Below, piece after piece: positions 47,499 through 57,839 of a stretch of DNA of 64,000 bases. A model generated the notes under the pieces. It made no database searches. It saw nothing but the letters and a program-made list of their open reading frames with translations, and had not been told where the DNA came from. The DNA comes from Capsulimonadales bacterium (GTDB lineage Bacteria; Armatimonadota; Armatimonadia; Armatimonadales; Armatimonadaceae). The position numbers were made by a program, and so were the translations under genes. The DNA lies in contig JANRLW010000043.1 of NCBI GenBank assembly GCA_033762295.1, forward strand, positions 32,001 to 96,000. The letters are read 5' to 3'. Numbering within the stretch: position 1 is the stretch's first letter; the number at the start of each line of letters is the position of its first letter.

Positions 47499-47763
47499 CG
47501 GAATTTTCCTTTCGAGGCGGCCGGATGCCGCTAGAGGTGCCGCTGTTCATTCCGCCGGTTTCCTCCTCGGGTTCGGCGGGAGTTCGCGTCGTCGTGGTTT
47601 CGATCAGACCCTCGCCGGCGATTTCGGACCCGGGCGTCCCATTGGTTCGGTCGCCGTTCCCGGGACCGTTGGCGTCGAACCCGGTCAGATCATTGTCCTC
47701 GGCTTTGTTGGGATTTTTCCGACCGTCCACCGGGGAATCGGCGTCTTCGGCAGTCATAGGCAT
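47488..47763 (-). CDS. Small acidic, Gly/Asn/Thr-rich disordered protein
   Basis: MPMTAEDADSPVDGRKNPNKAEDNDLTGFDANG...; GAGGA upstream; 3' end overlaps the ferritin-like gene start. Confidence 0.55.
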   Translation of the reverse strand: MPMTAEDADSPVDGRKNPNKAEDNDLTGFDANGPGNGDRTNGTPGSEIAGEGLIETTTTRTPAEPEEETGGMNSGTSSGIRPPRKENSDAG

Positions 47764-47799
47764 GGTGGATATGAGATCCTCGTGGAGAGATTCGGAAAC

Positions 47800-47827
47800 A
47801 GGACGCCGCCGTTCTCGCGCAGGTTCG
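47800..47827 (-). promoter_or_regulatory. Putative ECF-sigma promoter
   Basis: CGAAC-N17-CGTCCT on the minus strand, 36 nt upstream of the ATG. Confidence 0.45.
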
Positions 47828-47966
47828 TCGACGGTCGTGTTTCGGGGAAACTCCCGACCGGATTTCCCGCGTTCCCGACCTGTCCGGGCCGACTTGACGC
47901 CGTACCGGGGACGGCGATACACTGAACGACGAAACCTTCCGTTATTGCCGGAGACGTTCCGTACCC

Positions 47967-50540
47967 ATGCCTCCCCGAATCGCCACCCATTCAATCTGGC
48001 CCACCTGCCTTCTGGCCTCATCGCTTCTGGCTTCCGCTGTCGGAACGCCGGTGCGGGCGCAAAAGAACGCGCCGGGCCTTCCGCCGAACGCGCCCGCTCA
48101 GAATCTGGGCCGGTTTCAGGTGGCTCCGCCCCCCGGGCTCGCGTTGTTCAACCGGGCACTCGAGGCGACGAAAGCCGGAAAATATGCCGAAGCCGAGCGT
48201 CTATACCGCAAGGTCGTCAAAGACGCCCCGGAGGCCGCGGCGGCGTGGGCAAACCTCGGACTGCTCGTCGGACGGCAGGAGCGCATCAAGGAAGCGATCG
48301 AGTTTCTGACCCGTGCGACCCGCGTATCGCCGGAGACCGGCGCGTTCTGGGCACAGCTGTCCGCCTTTCAGTTGCGGGGAAAGCAGTGGAAGGCCGCCGA
48401 ACTGTCCGCCCGAAAAGCGCTGGCCCGCGATGCCGCCGACCTGCTCGCGGTGGCCAACCTGAGCGATGCGCTCTTTCAGCAGCGACGCTACGCCGAAGCC
48501 GCGGTCATCCTGAAGAAATTAAGCCGGATGGAAGGCGACCCGCCGACCGACCATACGGAAATCACCCTGATTCTGGCGTTGTCCGGCGCGGGAAAAGCGC
48601 GCGAAGCATTGCCGCTGGCGCAGGCTCGGTCCGATCGACGACCGAAGGATGTCCAGTCGTTTTTGCTTCTGGGGGATACGGCCCGACGCGCCGGAGATAT
48701 CGGGACGGCGGAAAAGGCGTACCGACAGGCGTCAAACCTCGACCCGAAACACCCGGGCGCGTTAGCCGGAATCTCCGTCACCGCCGCGATCCGGGGCGAC
48801 CGGACAGCGGCGCTCAAACTGATCGACCAGCGGCTGGCGAAGGAGCCGTTTCGCGCCGAACTGTATTTTCAGAAGGGCTATATCATCTACTCGGACAATA
48901 CCCGTCCGCCGGAGGAACGCCTGGGTATTGCCGAAGGGGCGTTCCGCCGCGCCGCCGCTCTCGACCCGAAGAATCCGCAGTACCTGACGTATTCCGGGCT
49001 GGTACTGATGCTGCGCGGACCCTATCCGGGACTACGGGAGGATGAGGAGCCACCGTCGGGTGTCCCGCCCTATGCCATGGCGGAAAACTACCTGCGCGGC
49101 GCATTGACCCTGAATCCGAAGCTGACCATGGCCCGACTGGCCCTCGGGAGCATCTCCGAGCAACGGAGGAAACCCGCCGAGGCGATCGCTCAATATGAGG
49201 CGGTGCTGCAATACGCGCCGAAGGACGCCGACGCGCACCGGGGGATCGCTGGGGTTCATTACGCGCAGGGGCGAAAGGCCAAAGCCTATGAGCGGATGGA
49301 AACCATCGCCCGATTGAACCCCACCGACACGCAGGCGCTGAGCGAACTGGCCTCCTGGTATGTCGCCGACAAACGCTCCGACGACGCCGAGAAGGTCTAT
49401 CGCCGCGTCCTTTTGCGAAATCCCAAGGATGCGCCGGCCCGACTCGCCCTTGGACGGATGCAGGAAGAGCGAAAGAACCTGCCCGGAGCGGCGACGGAGT
49501 ACCGCGCGGCCGTCGCCGGCGCCCCGACGGACCGGAACGCGACGCTGCTTCTGGCGAACGTTCTGCAACTTCAGAAGAAGACGGCGGATGCGATTCAGGT
49601 TCTCCGCGAATTTCTCCATCGGTCGCCCGAAAATAATCCGATCCGCTGGCAACTCGCGCTGCTTTTGAAGGAGAGCGGGAAAACGGACGAAGCGTTGGCC
49701 GAAATGCAGCAGCTGACGCTGAAAAACGACGATCCCGATCGGCTGACGTACCTTCTCAGCGTTCCCCGACTGCACCTGGAAGCCAAACGGTTCGATGAGG
49801 CCATTTCGACACTGCTCCGTCTCCAAACCGAGCACCCGAAAGAGGATGCCATCCGCTACCTGCTGGCCGATGCCTACGAGCGTTCGGATCGTAAGGAGAA
49901 GGCGGAAGCGGTCCTGCGGGAAATGGTCGATCGAAGCGCCGATCCTACCCGACGGAACGCGCCGCCCGATCCCCGCCCACGATTGGCGCTGGCCGAACTC
50001 TACGAACGGTCCAACGCCTGGGACGAGGCGGCGACCCTGTACGAGGACGTTCTCCGCTACGAGACGATGAACGTCACCGCGCTTTTCGCCCTCAGTCGTG
50101 TGCGCGAGAAGGGCAATAAACCGGACGCCGCGGTCGATTTTCTGACCGTCCTGGCGACGGCGAACGACAGGGAACCGAGCCTGCCGGGGGTGGGCGCGAT
50201 CCATCAGTTGTACCTGAACCAGGGGAAGCTGGACCGCTACCTCGAGTTTACGAAGGCGCTACTTGCGAAATACCCGGAGAATCGCAATGCCCGGTACATT
50301 CGCGCTCGTAGCCTCACCGAGGGAACTCCGGACGAAAATGCGCGTCGGGAGGCCGCTTCCCTCTATCAGGCGATTGTGGAGAGCAACGCCGACGATATCG
50401 AGGCGCGGCGCAACCTGGCGAAGGAGTGGGAAGCCCTCGGACGCAAGGACGACGCGGTGGGCGCGTACCGGGAAATCCTGAAAAAACGGGCGACGGACAC
50501 GGACGCGCTTGCCTCGTTGCGTCGGCTCGGGGCGAGTTGA
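47967..50540 (+). CDS. Secreted multi-TPR protein
   Basis: Signal peptide (VRA-Q) followed by many TPR units. Confidence 0.85.
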   Translation: MPPRIATHSIWPTCLLASSLLASAVGTPVRAQKNAPGLPPNAPAQNLGRFQVAPPPGLALFNRALEATKAGKYAEAERLYRKVVKDAPEAAAAWANLGLLVGRQERIKEAIEFLTRATRVSPETGAFWAQLSAFQLRGKQWKAAELSARKALARDAADLLAVANLSDALFQQRRYAEAAVILKKLSRMEGDPPTDHTEITLILALSGAGKAREALPLAQARSDRRPKDVQSFLLLGDTARRAGDIGTAEKAYRQASNLDPKHPGALAGISVTAAIRGDRTAALKLIDQRLAKEPFRAELYFQKGYIIYSDNTRPPEERLGIAEGAFRRAAALDPKNPQYLTYSGLVLMLRGPYPGLREDEEPPSGVPPYAMAENYLRGALTLNPKLTMARLALGSISEQRRKPAEAIAQYEAVLQYAPKDADAHRGIAGVHYAQGRKAKAYERMETIARLNPTDTQALSELASWYVADKRSDDAEKVYRRVLLRNPKDAPARLALGRMQEERKNLPGAATEYRAAVAGAPTDRNATLLLANVLQLQKKTADAIQVLREFLHRSPENNPIRWQLALLLKESGKTDEALAEMQQLTLKNDDPDRLTYLLSVPRLHLEAKRFDEAISTLLRLQTEHPKEDAIRYLLADAYERSDRKEKAEAVLREMVDRSADPTRRNAPPDPRPRLALAELYERSNAWDEAATLYEDVLRYETMNVTALFALSRVREKGNKPDAAVDFLTVLATANDREPSLPGVGAIHQLYLNQGKLDRYLEFTKALLAKYPENRNARYIRARSLTEGTPDENARREAASLYQAIVESNADDIEARRNLAKEWEALGRKDDAVGAYREILKKRATDTDALASLRRLGAS

Positions 50541-50593
50541 CCGGTCGTGCCGATCATGGCCCCGATCCTCACCCGGAATCCGGGATAGAATGG

Positions 50594-51091
50594 ATGACTA
50601 TGTATTGCGTTCGCCATCCCAAAGTTCAAACCTCTCTGGCCTGCGGCCGCTGCGGCGCCCCGATCTGTACCGAGTGCGCGGTCTCGGGCGCGGTCGGCAT
50701 GCTCTGCCAAAAATGCGCCTACGGGGACGGGAACCCGCTGTATAAGGTGCCGCCAATGCGTATGGCGCTCACCGTCGGCGCGGGTCTGCTGGCGGGGGTC
50801 GGGGTGGGATTTCTCCTTCAGGCGATGAGCGGAATGTTCTTTTTACTTTTTCTGCTCTGTCCGATCATCGGCGGGTTTCTGGGACAGACCATCCTCTGGG
50901 CTTCCGGGTTCAAGCGAGGACGGACGCTCGAGATTTTGGCCGGGACCAGCGTGGTCGGCGGTTCGCTCATCGCTTTGCTGCTGAACGGCGCGGTGTTTTT
51001 CTATCTGCAGAGTCCGCTGGCCCTGGCCCTGTTCGCACTGGGGGTCGCGCTGACAGCCGGTGCGGCGATCGGGAAGATCCGTTATTTCTGA
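50594..51091 (+). CDS. B-box-like zinc finger membrane protein
   Basis: CxxHP...CxxC...CxxC...CxxC followed by about 4 TM helices. Confidence 0.72.
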   Translation: MTMYCVRHPKVQTSLACGRCGAPICTECAVSGAVGMLCQKCAYGDGNPLYKVPPMRMALTVGAGLLAGVGVGFLLQAMSGMFFLLFLLCPIIGGFLGQTILWASGFKRGRTLEILAGTSVVGGSLIALLLNGAVFFYLQSPLALALFALGVALTAGAAIGKIRYF

Positions 51092-53007
51092 AATCGCAGT
51101 TGGGATTCGATCTCGTCGATCAACGCGCGCGCCGATTCCTCGACGCTTTGTCGGGCGGTCGGAAGTACGATATCCGGCGCGACCGGCGGCTCGTAGGGCG
51201 AGGAGATACCCGTAAACTCCCGAATCTCCCCGGCACGGGCGCGGCGGTAGAGTCCTTTCGGGTCACGCTCCTCGCAGACCTCCAGCGGCGCATCGACAAA
51301 CACCTCGAAGAAGTCGATGCCTCCCTGCTGCAGAACGTCCCGCGCTGCGGCACGGTCGGAACGGTAGGGCGAGATTAAGGCGGTCAGAACGACCAGGCCC
51401 GACTCGGCGAACAGACGAGCGACCTGCGCGGCGCGGCGGATGTTTTCCGCCCGGTCCTCCGGTGAAAAACCGAGGTCGGCGCAGAGCCCATGCCGGAGAT
51501 TGTCACCGTCGAGCAGAGTCACCTGCCAGCCCGCGTCGAAAAGGGCGCGGTGTACCGTGGCGGCGATGGTGGATTTCCCCGAACCGGACAGGCCGGTGAG
51601 CCAGAGAACGCCTCCTCTGTGACCGTTTCGCCGGGCGCGTTCCTCGAAAGTGACCCGTGAATCGACGGCGACCAGATTCCGTGCCGAGGACGAACCGGGC
51701 GTCGATGCCGTCCGCGCGGCGTCGTCCGTCCGTACCCCGGTGATGATTCCGCCGCCGGCCACCCGTCGCTGATGCACCAGGACGAACCGACCGAGCGTCG
51801 GAACCTCGTCATGCAGATCGAATGCGATCGGACGTTCGGTTTCGATCAGAACCTCGGCGACATCGTTCCGGGCAAGATGGCTGCGGACTTCCTGCGTCTC
51901 CAGGGTGGAAGCGTCCAGCAGGCGTTCGACCCGGGCGACCCGCGCGGTCACCTCCTGAGTCGCCAGTTTCAGCCGGACCCGTTCCCCGACGGACAGATCG
52001 CCCGGCCCCATCCAGAACAGGGAGGCGGAGAACCCCATACCGGTCCGCGGGGGCATGCCGGCCCGCGCCGTCGTCGCGATCTGTCCCCGCTCGGCGAAGA
52101 TCTGCTCGGTCAGGGTGAGGGCGACGCTCTCCCCGGCGACGGCGAAATCACGATCCGGACCGTGCCATCGTTCGAACTGCGCGACCGTCGATCGACGGTC
52201 GCCGGGCTGAAACACCAGCGAATCGCCGACCCGCAGGACCCCGGTCTCGATACGACCGACCAGGATGCGCCGGGCATCGAACCGATACACATCCTGAATC
52301 GGCAGCCGTAGGGGAAGGTCATCGGCGTCCACGGAGGAATCGAACGCGTCCAGCGTTTCCAGCATGGTCGGGCCATCGTACCAGGGCATCGTTTCCGTCG
52401 CCCGCGCGGCGATGTTATCGCCTTCGCGAGCCGAGATCGGAACGAACCGCTCCGCCGCCAGGCCGATCTTTTCCAGAAACTCGCGGTATTCGGCGACGAC
52501 ACGGCGGAAGGTGGCCTCATCATAGCCGACCAGGTCCATTTTGTTGACGGCGACAACAACCTGTCGAACCCCCAGAAGCTTCAACAGGTACCCGTGGCGA
52601 CGGGACTGTTCGCGGACGCCTTCGGAGGCGGCGATCAGCAGGACGGCGGCATCGGCGGAGGCCGCGCCCGTGATCATATTCTTCAGGAACTCCTTATGAC
52701 CCGGCGCATCGATAATGACGTATTCCCGTTTCGCCGTCCGAAAAGGGATCTGGGTCGTGTCGATGGTGATGTTCTGTTCCTGCTCCTCCAGCAGCGCATC
52801 CAGAAGAAACGCATACTCGAACGGCATTCCCTCGGCTTCGCTCGCCTTGCGGATCGCCTCAATCTTTCCCTCGGGCATCGAATCGGTATCGAAAAAGATC
52901 CGGCCGATCAGGGTCGATTTTCCGTGATCGACATGCCCCACGACAACGATTTTCAGTTTCCGCCGGTCCGCGGTGATCGAATTGTTTTCCGTCCTAACGG
53001 CGCTCAT
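51082..53007 (-). CDS. cysNC: Sulfate adenylyltransferase subunit 1 / APS kinase fusion
   Basis: [23 protein letters not shown]-terminal [24 protein letters not shown]. Confidence 0.94.
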   Translation of the reverse strand: MSAVRTENNSITADRRKLKIVVVGHVDHGKSTLIGRIFFDTDSMPEGKIEAIRKASEAEGMPFEYAFLLDALLEEQEQNITIDTTQIPFRTAKREYVIIDAPGHKEFLKNMITGAASADAAVLLIAASEGVREQSRRHGYLLKLLGVRQVVVAVNKMDLVGYDEATFRRVVAEYREFLEKIGLAAERFVPISAREGDNIAARATETMPWYDGPTMLETLDAFDSSVDADDLPLRLPIQDVYRFDARRILVGRIETGVLRVGDSLVFQPGDRRSTVAQFERWHGPDRDFAVAGESVALTLTEQIFAERGQIATTARAGMPPRTGMGFSASLFWMGPGDLSVGERVRLKLATQEVTARVARVERLLDASTLETQEVRSHLARNDVAEVLIETERPIAFDLHDEVPTLGRFVLVHQRRVAGGGIITGVRTDDAARTASTPGSSSARNLVAVDSRVTFEERARRNGHRGGVLWLTGLSGSGKSTIAATVHRALFDAGWQVTLLDGDNLRHGLCADLGFSPEDRAENIRRAAQVARLFAESGLVVLTALISPYRSDRAAARDVLQQGGIDFFEVFVDAPLEVCEERDPKGLYRRARAGEIREFTGISSPYEPPVAPDIVLPTARQSVEESARALIDEIESQLRFQK

Positions 53008-53008
53008 T

Positions 53009-53923
53009 CTACATGAAACCCCTGGCGCGCAGTTTCTGCATCGCGTTTCGTTCGTGGTGATCCTGGGCGCGTCCGGCGCGTTCGGGAACCCGCGTGGCTT
53101 CCAGTTCGGCAATGATCTTTTCAATCGTGTCGGCATCGCTCTTCACCGGATGGGTGATCGGCCAGCATCCGAGGCTACGATACCGCTTCCCGTCGCGGGC
53201 AAAGTACATCCCCGGAATCGGAATGTTCTCCCGCCGGATATAGCGCCAGATATCGACCTCGGTCCAGTCGAGCAGGGGCTGAACGCGCACATGTTCGCCG
53301 GGTTGAATATCGGTCGTGAACTGCCCCCAGAACTCCGGCGGCTGATCCTTGTAGTCCCAGGCGTAATCCGCCGATCGCGGCGAAAAATATCGTTCCTTGG
53401 CGCGCGTGCTGTCCTCGTCACGGCGAATGCCCGTGATAAGGGCGTCCCACCGGTGTTCGGAGAGCGCCTGTTGCAGGGCGACCGATTTCAGTTCGTGGGT
53501 GACGGTGACCGGGTCGTGCGTTTCGTAGGAGATGCCCCGCCCGTAACGCGCCTCCTCGTTGATTTTGACGATCAGGTTCAGCCCGTAGTGCTGCGTGGCC
53601 CATTCCCGGAACTCGAGCATCTCCGGGAACTCGTAGGTCGTATCGATATGCAGTACGGGAAAGGGGATATGTCCGCAGAACGCTTTCTTCGCCAGCCAGA
53701 TCAGGACGTTGCTGTCCTTGCCCATGCTCCAGGGCATACAGAGACGAGAGAAGGCATGGTACGCCTCGCGGAGGATATGGAGGCTCTGGTTTTCGAGGTA
53801 GTCCAGGTGGGTCCGATCGACGCGGGTGGTCGGTTCGTCCACCCCGAACAGACTGTCGAGGCTGTCCGAACCGTCGACGACGTCCGCCGGTAGCCCGGAC
53901 CGTTCCGTCGTTCGCAAACTCAT
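53009..53923 (-). CDS. cysD: Sulfate adenylyltransferase subunit 2
   Basis: [27 protein letters not shown]. Confidence 0.94.
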   Translation of the reverse strand: MSLRTTERSGLPADVVDGSDSLDSLFGVDEPTTRVDRTHLDYLENQSLHILREAYHAFSRLCMPWSMGKDSNVLIWLAKKAFCGHIPFPVLHIDTTYEFPEMLEFREWATQHYGLNLIVKINEEARYGRGISYETHDPVTVTHELKSVALQQALSEHRWDALITGIRRDEDSTRAKERYFSPRSADYAWDYKDQPPEFWGQFTTDIQPGEHVRVQPLLDWTEVDIWRYIRRENIPIPGMYFARDGKRYRSLGCWPITHPVKSDADTIEKIIAELEATRVPERAGRAQDHHERNAMQKLRARGFM

Positions 53924-54663
53924 TTCGAAAGCACCGCCCTTCCCATAAAGGTGTGAATCCCGCACTCGGTCTTGTCGAACCCGGTCCAGCGTCCGGCGCG
54001 TTCGCTGTCGCCCTCGCCGACCGGACGGGTGCAGGGGATACATCCGATCGAACGGAAGCCGCGATCGTGCAGCGGATTGTAGGGGATGCCGTTCTTTTTG
54101 AGGTACTCCCAGACGGCGTCACGGGTCCAGGCAGCCATCGGGTTGAGCTTGTAAAGGTACTCGTCCCGGAAGGAATCAAACTGGTAGGCTTCGAGCACCG
54201 AGGTCGCTTCGCGGGTTTCGCCCTGACCACGGCGGACACCGGTGATCCACATATCGAGGGTGGCGAGTTTTTTTTGCAGGGGGACGACCTTGCGCAGATG
54301 GCAGCAGACATCGGGTGCGCGGTTCCAAAGCTCCGGCCCCTCCTCCTCCGCCTGCTCCTCCACCGTCCGCTCCGGATGCAGGGACTCGATGGAGATGCCG
54401 AGGAACGTTTCCAACCGCGCTTTCAGTTCCAGTGTTTCGGGGAAAAGCAGGCCGGTATCCAGCGTGAAAACCGGGAACGGCAATCCGGCCGAAACGGCAT
54501 GGTGCAGGATCACCAGCCCGGCTCCCTGAAAGGAGGTGCCGATCGCCGCGCGCGGCCCGAACGTGTCCCATGCCCAGCGCAGGGTTTCGGTCAGCGGTTG
54601 ATGTTCCAGATGAAGCGACCACTCGGCGAGATCCGTCCGAACGTGCTCTTTGGGAAAGGCCAT
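53920..54663 (-). CDS. cysH: Adenylyl-sulfate (APS) reductase, Fe-S type
   Basis: LDTG, CCHLRK, SIGCIPCT, ECGIH. Confidence 0.93.
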   Translation of the reverse strand: MAFPKEHVRTDLAEWSLHLEHQPLTETLRWAWDTFGPRAAIGTSFQGAGLVILHHAVSAGLPFPVFTLDTGLLFPETLELKARLETFLGISIESLHPERTVEEQAEEEGPELWNRAPDVCCHLRKVVPLQKKLATLDMWITGVRRGQGETREATSVLEAYQFDSFRDEYLYKLNPMAAWTRDAVWEYLKKNGIPYNPLHDRGFRSIGCIPCTRPVGEGDSERAGRWTGFDKTECGIHTFMGRAVLSK

Positions 54664-54669
54664 GGCTTC

Positions 54670-54698
54670 ATTCTACAATATCCTATTAATTTAGTCAA
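54670..54698 (-). promoter_or_regulatory. Sigma70 promoter of cysH (apparently leaderless) overlapped by an Rrf2-like operator
   Basis: TTGACT-N17-TAGAAT-N6-ATG on the minus strand. Confidence 0.7.
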
Positions 54699-54843
54699 TA
54701 TTGTCAACATAGTCAGGATTAAGGTGAAGTCCCGATCCGAATCCGGGTCTCTTGTCAAAGCGATGCATTTCCGATAAGGAGACTGTAATAATAACGGGGA
54801 AATATCGCAGAGAACCGTAGAGATCCCGGGGGAGCGAAGAAGC

Positions 54844-55218
54844 ATGGCGAAAGTGTTGTTGTCGGCAAAGATGGGCGCGCCCTACATGGAAATCAGCGTG
54901 GGGTATGGTCTTTTTGCCAAGTACCGGATGGTGTTCGTCAACGAGCGGGGAAGTACGCTCTGGACGAAAACGGGCCATAGTGTGGACGGCGTGGTCGACA
55001 AGATCATGGTCGGCGTGCCGATCGAAGAACTGACCGGCGGGACGATCTCCTGGAAGATCGTCGTCGCGACGTTCGACGACGGGGAGCAACCGTTTTACGC
55101 CGAACTGAAATTCACGCAGGATAACGTGGCCGTACCGAACGGTTCGTTCGTCTATAAGGGCAAGATCGACGTGGTTCGCAAGGTCAGCGACGGCAGCGGC
55201 ATCGAGGTGCACGAGTGA
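54844..55218 (+). CDS. Hypothetical protein
   Basis: 124-aa ORF with GGGAG SD and ordinary composition; no family recognised. Confidence 0.7.
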   Translation: MAKVLLSAKMGAPYMEISVGYGLFAKYRMVFVNERGSTLWTKTGHSVDGVVDKIMVGVPIEELTGGTISWKIVVATFDDGEQPFYAELKFTQDNVAVPNGSFVYKGKIDVVRKVSDGSGIEVHE

Positions 55219-55239
55219 TCTTCGGAAACGCGGGAGAGG

Positions 55240-56175
55240 TCATTCCTCTCCCGTCGTGGGAGGCGCCGTCGACAGACCGGCGGCCTCGGACGCTTCCAGC
55301 GCCAGGCAGGCCCAATCCATCGCATCCCGACCCTTGGCCCGTGCGGCGATCAATCGATCCTGAACCACCCCGGCCAGCGGCAGCGGAACCCCGCTCCGCT
55401 TGCCCAACTCCTGCGCCAGCGTGATGTCCTTCTGGCCCAGAGGCAGTGTGAATCCGGCCGGAAGATACTCCTGCGTGGCGATCAATCGACCGTAGGATCG
55501 ATAGACGGGCGACCCGAAAACGGTCAGGGTCAGCATTTCGTAGATCGCCTGTCGGGAAACGCCGTTCTTCTCCGCCAGAGTGAATGCCTCTCCCATCGCC
55601 TCAATCGCCGCGCCGATCATGAAATTTCCGCAGACTTTGACCACATGGGCCGCTCCGGGTTCGTCCCCGAAGTCCCAGACTTTTTGCCCCATCGCCAGCA
55701 ATACCGGCTGAACACGTTCCCGAACGTCCGCCGTTCCGCCGGAAAGCAGGACATTCAACTGGCCTGCCTGCGCGACCTCCGGTCGGCCGTAGACCGGAGC
55801 GGCAAGGTAGACGGAACCCCGCAAATCGTGTTCGGCGGCCAGACGTCGAGAAAGCTCCGGACTGATCGTGCTGAGCGACAGGTGGATTCCGCCTGACGTC
55901 AGCCCGTTCAGGATACCGTCCTCGCCGAGGGACATCGACTCGACCGCCGCGTCGTCCGCCAGCATGGAACAGACGATATCCGTCGATCGGGCCGCGTCAG
56001 CCGGCGATTCACACAGGACCGCGCCGCCCTCGACCAGTCCGCTCGCCTTTTCCGCCGTCCGGTTATACACACGGAGGGTGAATCCCGCTTTGAGCAGGTT
56101 GGAGGCCATCGGCAGGCCCATCGCCCCCAGACCGATAAAGGCGACCGCTTTTTTCATGGGTTCGTTTCGGTTCAT
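55240..56175 (-). CDS. NAD(P)-dependent oxidoreductase (beta-hydroxyacid dehydrogenase family)
   Basis: FIGLGAMGLPMA, YNRT, APVYG, VKVCGN, KDI. Confidence 0.9.
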   Translation of the reverse strand: MNRNEPMKKAVAFIGLGAMGLPMASNLLKAGFTLRVYNRTAEKASGLVEGGAVLCESPADAARSTDIVCSMLADDAAVESMSLGEDGILNGLTSGGIHLSLSTISPELSRRLAAEHDLRGSVYLAAPVYGRPEVAQAGQLNVLLSGGTADVRERVQPVLLAMGQKVWDFGDEPGAAHVVKVCGNFMIGAAIEAMGEAFTLAEKNGVSRQAIYEMLTLTVFGSPVYRSYGRLIATQEYLPAGFTLPLGQKDITLAQELGKRSGVPLPLAGVVQDRLIAARAKGRDAMDWACLALEASEAAGLSTAPPTTGEE

Positions 56176-56891
56176 CGTCGTTCGCTCTGGCCGTAGTAGG
56201 CCGTAGCTCCGTGTTTACGCAGGAAGTGCTTATCGAGAAGGTGAGGCCCGAGATCGGCGGTATCGGCCCGGATGGCGAGCGTATCCAGCGCCATTCCGGC
56301 GACCTCCTCCAGTACGGTCGCGTTCTCCACCGCATAGGCGGCGTCCGGTCCCCAGGCGAAGGGCGCGTGACCGTGGACAAGTACGCCGGGAACCTGAAGG
56401 GGATCGAGGCCCCGCTCGCGGAACGTGCGGACAATCACCAGCCCGGTGTTATGCTCATACCCTTCGCCGTCGCGCACCTCCTGCGCGGTCATCGGCGCGG
56501 TGCAGGGGATCGGCCCGTAAAAGTGATCGGCGTGCGTCGTGCCGAAGCAGGGGATATCGTGACCGGCCTGCGCCCAGGCGGTCGCCTTCCGCGAGTGGGT
56601 ATGGACGATCCCGCCGATCTGCGGAAAGGCGTTGTACAGGGCGCGATGGGTCGCCGTATCCGAAGACGGGCGCCAGGAACCGTCGCCGACGATCTCACCG
56701 GTCGCCGCCCTCAGCACCACCATATTTTCCGGCGCAAGACGTTCGTACGGCACACCGCTCGGTTTGATCGCGATCAGGCCGGAACCGGCGTCGAACACCG
56801 ACGCGTTCCCCCAGGTCAGGATCGCCAGGCCCCGCCGGAAAATCTCCAGATTGGCGGAATACGCCGCCGCCTGCAGTTCGTCCACAGTCAT
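56172..56891 (-). CDS. araD: L-ribulose-5-phosphate 4-epimerase
   Basis: TWGNAS, IKPSG, PSSDTATH, VHTHS, GTTHADHF, KHGATAYYGQ. Confidence 0.93.
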   Translation of the reverse strand: MTVDELQAAAYSANLEIFRRGLAILTWGNASVFDAGSGLIAIKPSGVPYERLAPENMVVLRAATGEIVGDGSWRPSSDTATHRALYNAFPQIGGIVHTHSRKATAWAQAGHDIPCFGTTHADHFYGPIPCTAPMTAQEVRDGEGYEHNTGLVIVRTFRERGLDPLQVPGVLVHGHAPFAWGPDAAYAVENATVLEEVAGMALDTLAIRADTADLGPHLLDKHFLRKHGATAYYGQSERR

Positions 56892-56986
56892 AAACACACC
56901 ATACCCGAAATTCGAAAACGCCCGCCCGCCGTAAGGGGCAGGACCCGCCGCGCAACGGTGCGAATCCGTATTCGGAGGTAGGACCG

Positions 56987-57430
56987 ATGCCCGATATCGT
57001 CTTAGCGGAACGTGAAATGACGGACGCCGAGTTCGCCCGGATGAACGCCGGTTTCGACGAGAATTCCTCGGAACATGGGGTGGTTATACAGGCGAGCGAT
57101 CGTTTCGGCTACGTCGCTACGGACGGCGAGACGTTCGTCGGCTGTGCGAGCGGTCTGGCCTATCGGAACGGCCCGCACTACAACGGCTGGTTCTACCTGA
57201 CGGACCTTTTCGTGGAGAAACCGTATCGGCGGAACGGGCTGGGAGCGTTGCTGTTACGGCGACTGGAGGAACGGGTGCGCATTCTCGGCGTCCGGCATAT
57301 GCAAACGGATACCGCCGAATACGAGGGGCTGGCGTTCTATCGAAAGCAGGGGTATCGGGTCCTTTATGAGCAGGAAAGCTGGTTTTCCTCCGGCCAGAGC
57401 CGTTTCGGTCTGAGGAAGGACCTGCTTTGA
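56987..57430 (+). CDS. GNAT acetyltransferase
   Basis: LFVEKPYRRNGLG, FYRKQGY; GGAGG SD. Confidence 0.85.
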   Translation: MPDIVLAEREMTDAEFARMNAGFDENSSEHGVVIQASDRFGYVATDGETFVGCASGLAYRNGPHYNGWFYLTDLFVEKPYRRNGLGALLLRRLEERVRILGVRHMQTDTAEYEGLAFYRKQGYRVLYEQESWFSSGQSRFGLRKDLL

Positions 57431-57437
57431 CGGCGAA

Positions 57438-57474
57438 ACGGGCGCGTCCGGAGTTTACCTTCGAACGCGCCCGT
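57438..57474. terminator. Hairpin between convergent genes
   Basis: acgggcgcgt...acgcgcccgt 10-bp stem. Confidence 0.5.
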
Positions 57475-57493
57475 CGGTGAACGGCGAGACGGT

Positions 57494-57778
57494 TCAGGCG
57501 ACGTGGAACCCGCTATGCCGGAGGGTATTGCCTTCCTCCCAGCGAGCGGTCACCTCGGTCACCTGCGCCGCTTCCGGTCCGACATGCAGTTCGTGCAGCA
57601 GAACATCCAGCGGCGTTCGGTCCTGACACTCGGCCAGCACCTCTACCGAACCGTCGGGAAGGTTCTTCACGTATCCCGCGATTCCGGGTAGCCGGTGCGC
57701 CGTGTGGTGCGCCCAGTACCGATATCCGACTCCCTGTACCCTGCCATGCACGATGGCATGAAGACGATGTACCGACAT
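57494..57778 (-). CDS. acyP: Acylphosphatase
   Basis: GRVQGVGYR, GYVKNLPDGSVEV. Confidence 0.93.
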   Translation of the reverse strand: MSVHRLHAIVHGRVQGVGYRYWAHHTAHRLPGIAGYVKNLPDGSVEVLAECQDRTPLDVLLHELHVGPEAAQVTEVTARWEEGNTLRHSGFHVA

Positions 57779-57839
57779 CTCTGTCTCCCCCTTACCGTTT
57801 CCCGGAGACCCCGTACCGGGGAACCCTGGTCCTTCGCCA

